Below, piece after piece: positions 4,865 through 6,008 of a stretch of DNA of 6,008 nt (position 1 is its first letter; each line of letters opens with the position of its first letter). The notes beneath the pieces are model-generated. The model saw only the letters and a program-made list of their open reading frames with translations, was not told the origin of the DNA and made no database searches. The position numbers and the translations under genes are program-made. Location: positions 1 through 6,008 of the IMG/VR virus record IMGVR_UViG_3300045988_007017. The stretch is one strand, 5' to 3'. This stretch comes from a virus.

Positions 4865-5719
4865 TTAGTATCCTCCGCCTCCTTGTCCTTTTTTCTTTCT
4901 GCCTGCTCCACTGCCTGCTTTTCCGCCGCCCATTTTTGGCGTGGTCGGTACTGTGCTTTTTGTCTTTTGCATTTGCCTGTAGGTTTTCAGCAAATCTTCT
5001 GTCAGTTGTTTTGGGCTGCTGTAGCTTGTGCTCATCTGACTGCCTACGGCTTCTGCGAGCTGGTACCATTGGCTTTGACTTTCTGACCGGCTGTAGTAGC
5101 TGTTTGGCACGTTACCTGACATTGTTGACACGCCTAGTGCACTTGCGGACGGTAGTCCCATGCTTGCGCCTGTGATGGTTGCTCCTGAGCCTCCCGGTGT
5201 GCTCGCTCCACCTTGTGCGTATGCTAGGATAGGATTTATTCCGGCTTTTTTCATATCCTCAACTGCTCTTTGGTATGCTGTGCTTGACATGCGTTCTTGA
5301 AACTCTCTGTTTTTCAGAGCTTCTGCGCTGTTGTAGTTCATGGCTGCATTGCGTTCAATTTGGTTATAGATTCCCTGTTGGATTGCGCCTAGGGTGTTGT
5401 AACCCATTTGCATTAACATGTTTTGTCGGTTTGTTTTGCTCTGGAATTCGTTTTGCCCGCTCTGCCAGTTGTAGAACTGTTTAAGATAGTCTTGGATTAA
5501 TTGGTCATTGGTTCCACCTTGGCTGCTACTGCTGCTTTGTCCTCCTCCTTGGCTTTGGCTTTGGTTGTACCCTTGGCTTTGGCTCTGGCTTTGCTGTCCG
5601 TATAGTCCTTGTAGACCTTTTCCCGCCAGTGTCATTGCTCCTGTGACTAATTGCGGATTTGCCGCCGCCCACTGTAAGCCTTTTGCTGCTATTCCACCGA
5701 TTGTTGATAAAACGCTCAT
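4865..5719 (-). CDS. VP2: Minor capsid / DNA pilot protein VP2 (H-like), 284 aa
   Basis: REFQERMSSTAYQRAVEDMKKAGINPILAY matches the conserved (N/S)TAYQRxxxDMxxAG(L/I)NPxLAY core I recall for gokushovirus VP2. The gene sits immediately after VP1. It has a Gly/Ser/Gln-rich low-complexity N-terminal third and a Gly-rich basic C-terminus. Confidence 0.88.
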   Translation of the reverse strand: MSVLSTIGGIAAKGLQWAAANPQLVTGAMTLAGKGLQGLYGQQSQSQSQGYNQSQSQGGGQSSSSSQGGTNDQLIQDYLKQFYNWQSGQNEFQSKTNRQNMLMQMGYNTLGAIQQGIYNQIERNAAMNYNSAEALKNREFQERMSSTAYQRAVEDMKKAGINPILAYAQGGASTPGGSGATITGASMGLPSASALGVSTMSGNVPNSYYSRSESQSQWYQLAEAVGSQMSTSYSSPKQLTEDLLKTYRQMQKTKSTVPTTPKMGGGKAGSGAGRKKKGQGGGGY

Positions 5720-5721
5720 TT

Positions 5722-5746
5722 AAAAATAGGCCGGATTTCTCCGGCC
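5722..5746 (-). terminator. Intercistronic hairpin + U-tract between VP1 and VP2 (partial terminator/attenuator)
   Basis: Minus-strand reading between VP1 TAA (5760..5758) and VP2 ATG (5719): gaaAGGAGGAG-GGCCGGA-gaaa-TCCGGCC-tatttttaa-ATG. This is a 7-bp GC stem (5746..5740 / 5735..5729) with a GAAA tetraloop, followed by TATTTTT. Confidence 0.55.
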
Positions 5747-5757
5747 CTCCTCCTTTC

Positions 5758-6008
5758 TTACAGTTTGTACAAGCCCGGTACACTGTACAACGGCATGCAG
5801 CGTGTGGTTTTGTTTGCCACTCGGATTGCACCGAAGAATTGGTCTTCATTCTGTACTATTAGTGTTCTTGCAATTTCTTTTTTGTCTTCTGCCATCCATT
5901 CCTGGGACAGCGTTGGTACTTTGCTGTAGTTGTCCGCATAGTGCCAGAAGTCCAACGTGCCTGTTGCGTTGCTTCGCATTAGGCCGCTTACCCGGTTTGG
6001 TTTCATTC
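5758..6008 (-). CDS. VP1: Major capsid protein VP1, 3' part (about 65 unique C-terminal codons + stop; 5954..6008 repeats 1..55)
   Basis: The frame matches 1..1484 once the 55-nt identity is collapsed: 1484 + 196 nt = 1680 nt = 559 aa + TAA at 5760..5758. The listed ORF 5758..6006 simply starts at an internal Met (..DYR-MKPNRVSGLMRSN..), which I also read at 53..51. Confidence 0.95.
   Translation of the reverse strand, partial: MKPNRVSGLMRSNATGTLDFWHYADNYSKVPTLSQEWMAEDKKEIARTLIVQNEDQFFGAIRVANKTTRCMPLYSVPGLYKL
5954..6008. repeat. Terminal redundancy, copy 2 (identical to 1..55)
   Basis: See copy 1; exact 55/55 identity. Confidence 0.97.

Noticed and set aside
4824-5069. Minus-strand alternative-frame ORF (81 aa, extremely Arg/Lys-rich) spanning the VP2/VP4 junction, reminiscent of phiX174 gene K
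   Set aside because: There is no SD before ATG 5069. The basic composition is the expected by-product of reading the purine-rich Gly/Lys/Gln codons of VP2 out of frame. Only conservation analysis could rescue it.
4883-5862. Plus-strand ORFs antisense to VP2/VP1 (4883..5086, 4936..5175, 5275..5484, 5508..5723, 5659..5862)
   Set aside because: Same reasoning as above. These are low-complexity translations (LWLWL, CC-rich) mirroring the QS/G repeats of VP2, with no expression signals.
5954-6008. 55-nt direct terminal repeat as a biological DTR, att site or transposon end
   Set aside because: It lies in the middle of the capsid ORF, which is only intact when the two copies are merged. It is therefore a circularisation overlap, not a functional repeat.

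Overview
The window is one complete, circularly permuted genome of a small ssDNA phage of the family Microviridae, with a gokushovirus-like gene set. Bases 1-55 are identical to 5954-6008, so the unique circle is 5,953 nt and the major capsid gene runs across the window ends. All ten genes I can support are on the minus strand. They form one compact, largely translationally coupled array, in this order: a ~650-nt non-coding region with two near-consensus sigma70-type promoters; a 61-aa ORF; an M15-family zinc cell-wall peptidase; a 40-aa ORF; a 75-aa ORF; a 40-aa basic J/VP8-like DNA-binding protein (missing from the ORF track); a VP5-like protein; the VP3 scaffold; VP1 major capsid (559 aa, wraps the junction); a hairpin attenuator; VP2 pilot protein; VP4 rolling-circle Rep; and a strong intrinsic terminator. 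There are no cellular genes, tRNA, CRISPR array, integrase or transposon. Four things merit a second look. (1) The muralytic peptidase has no signal peptide, and I see no holin or transmembrane partner on the sense strand. (2) Three orphan micro-ORFs sit directly behind the promoters. (3) The non-coding region holds nine same-orientation GTTGAA repeats, extreme strand skew and several hairpins, making it a candidate replication origin. (4) A hydrophobic 60-aa ORF lies on the opposite strand inside the non-coding region, with promoter-like and terminator-like signals on its own strand. This last one is speculative and low-probability. Family assignments rest on motifs recalled from memory. No database search was possible.
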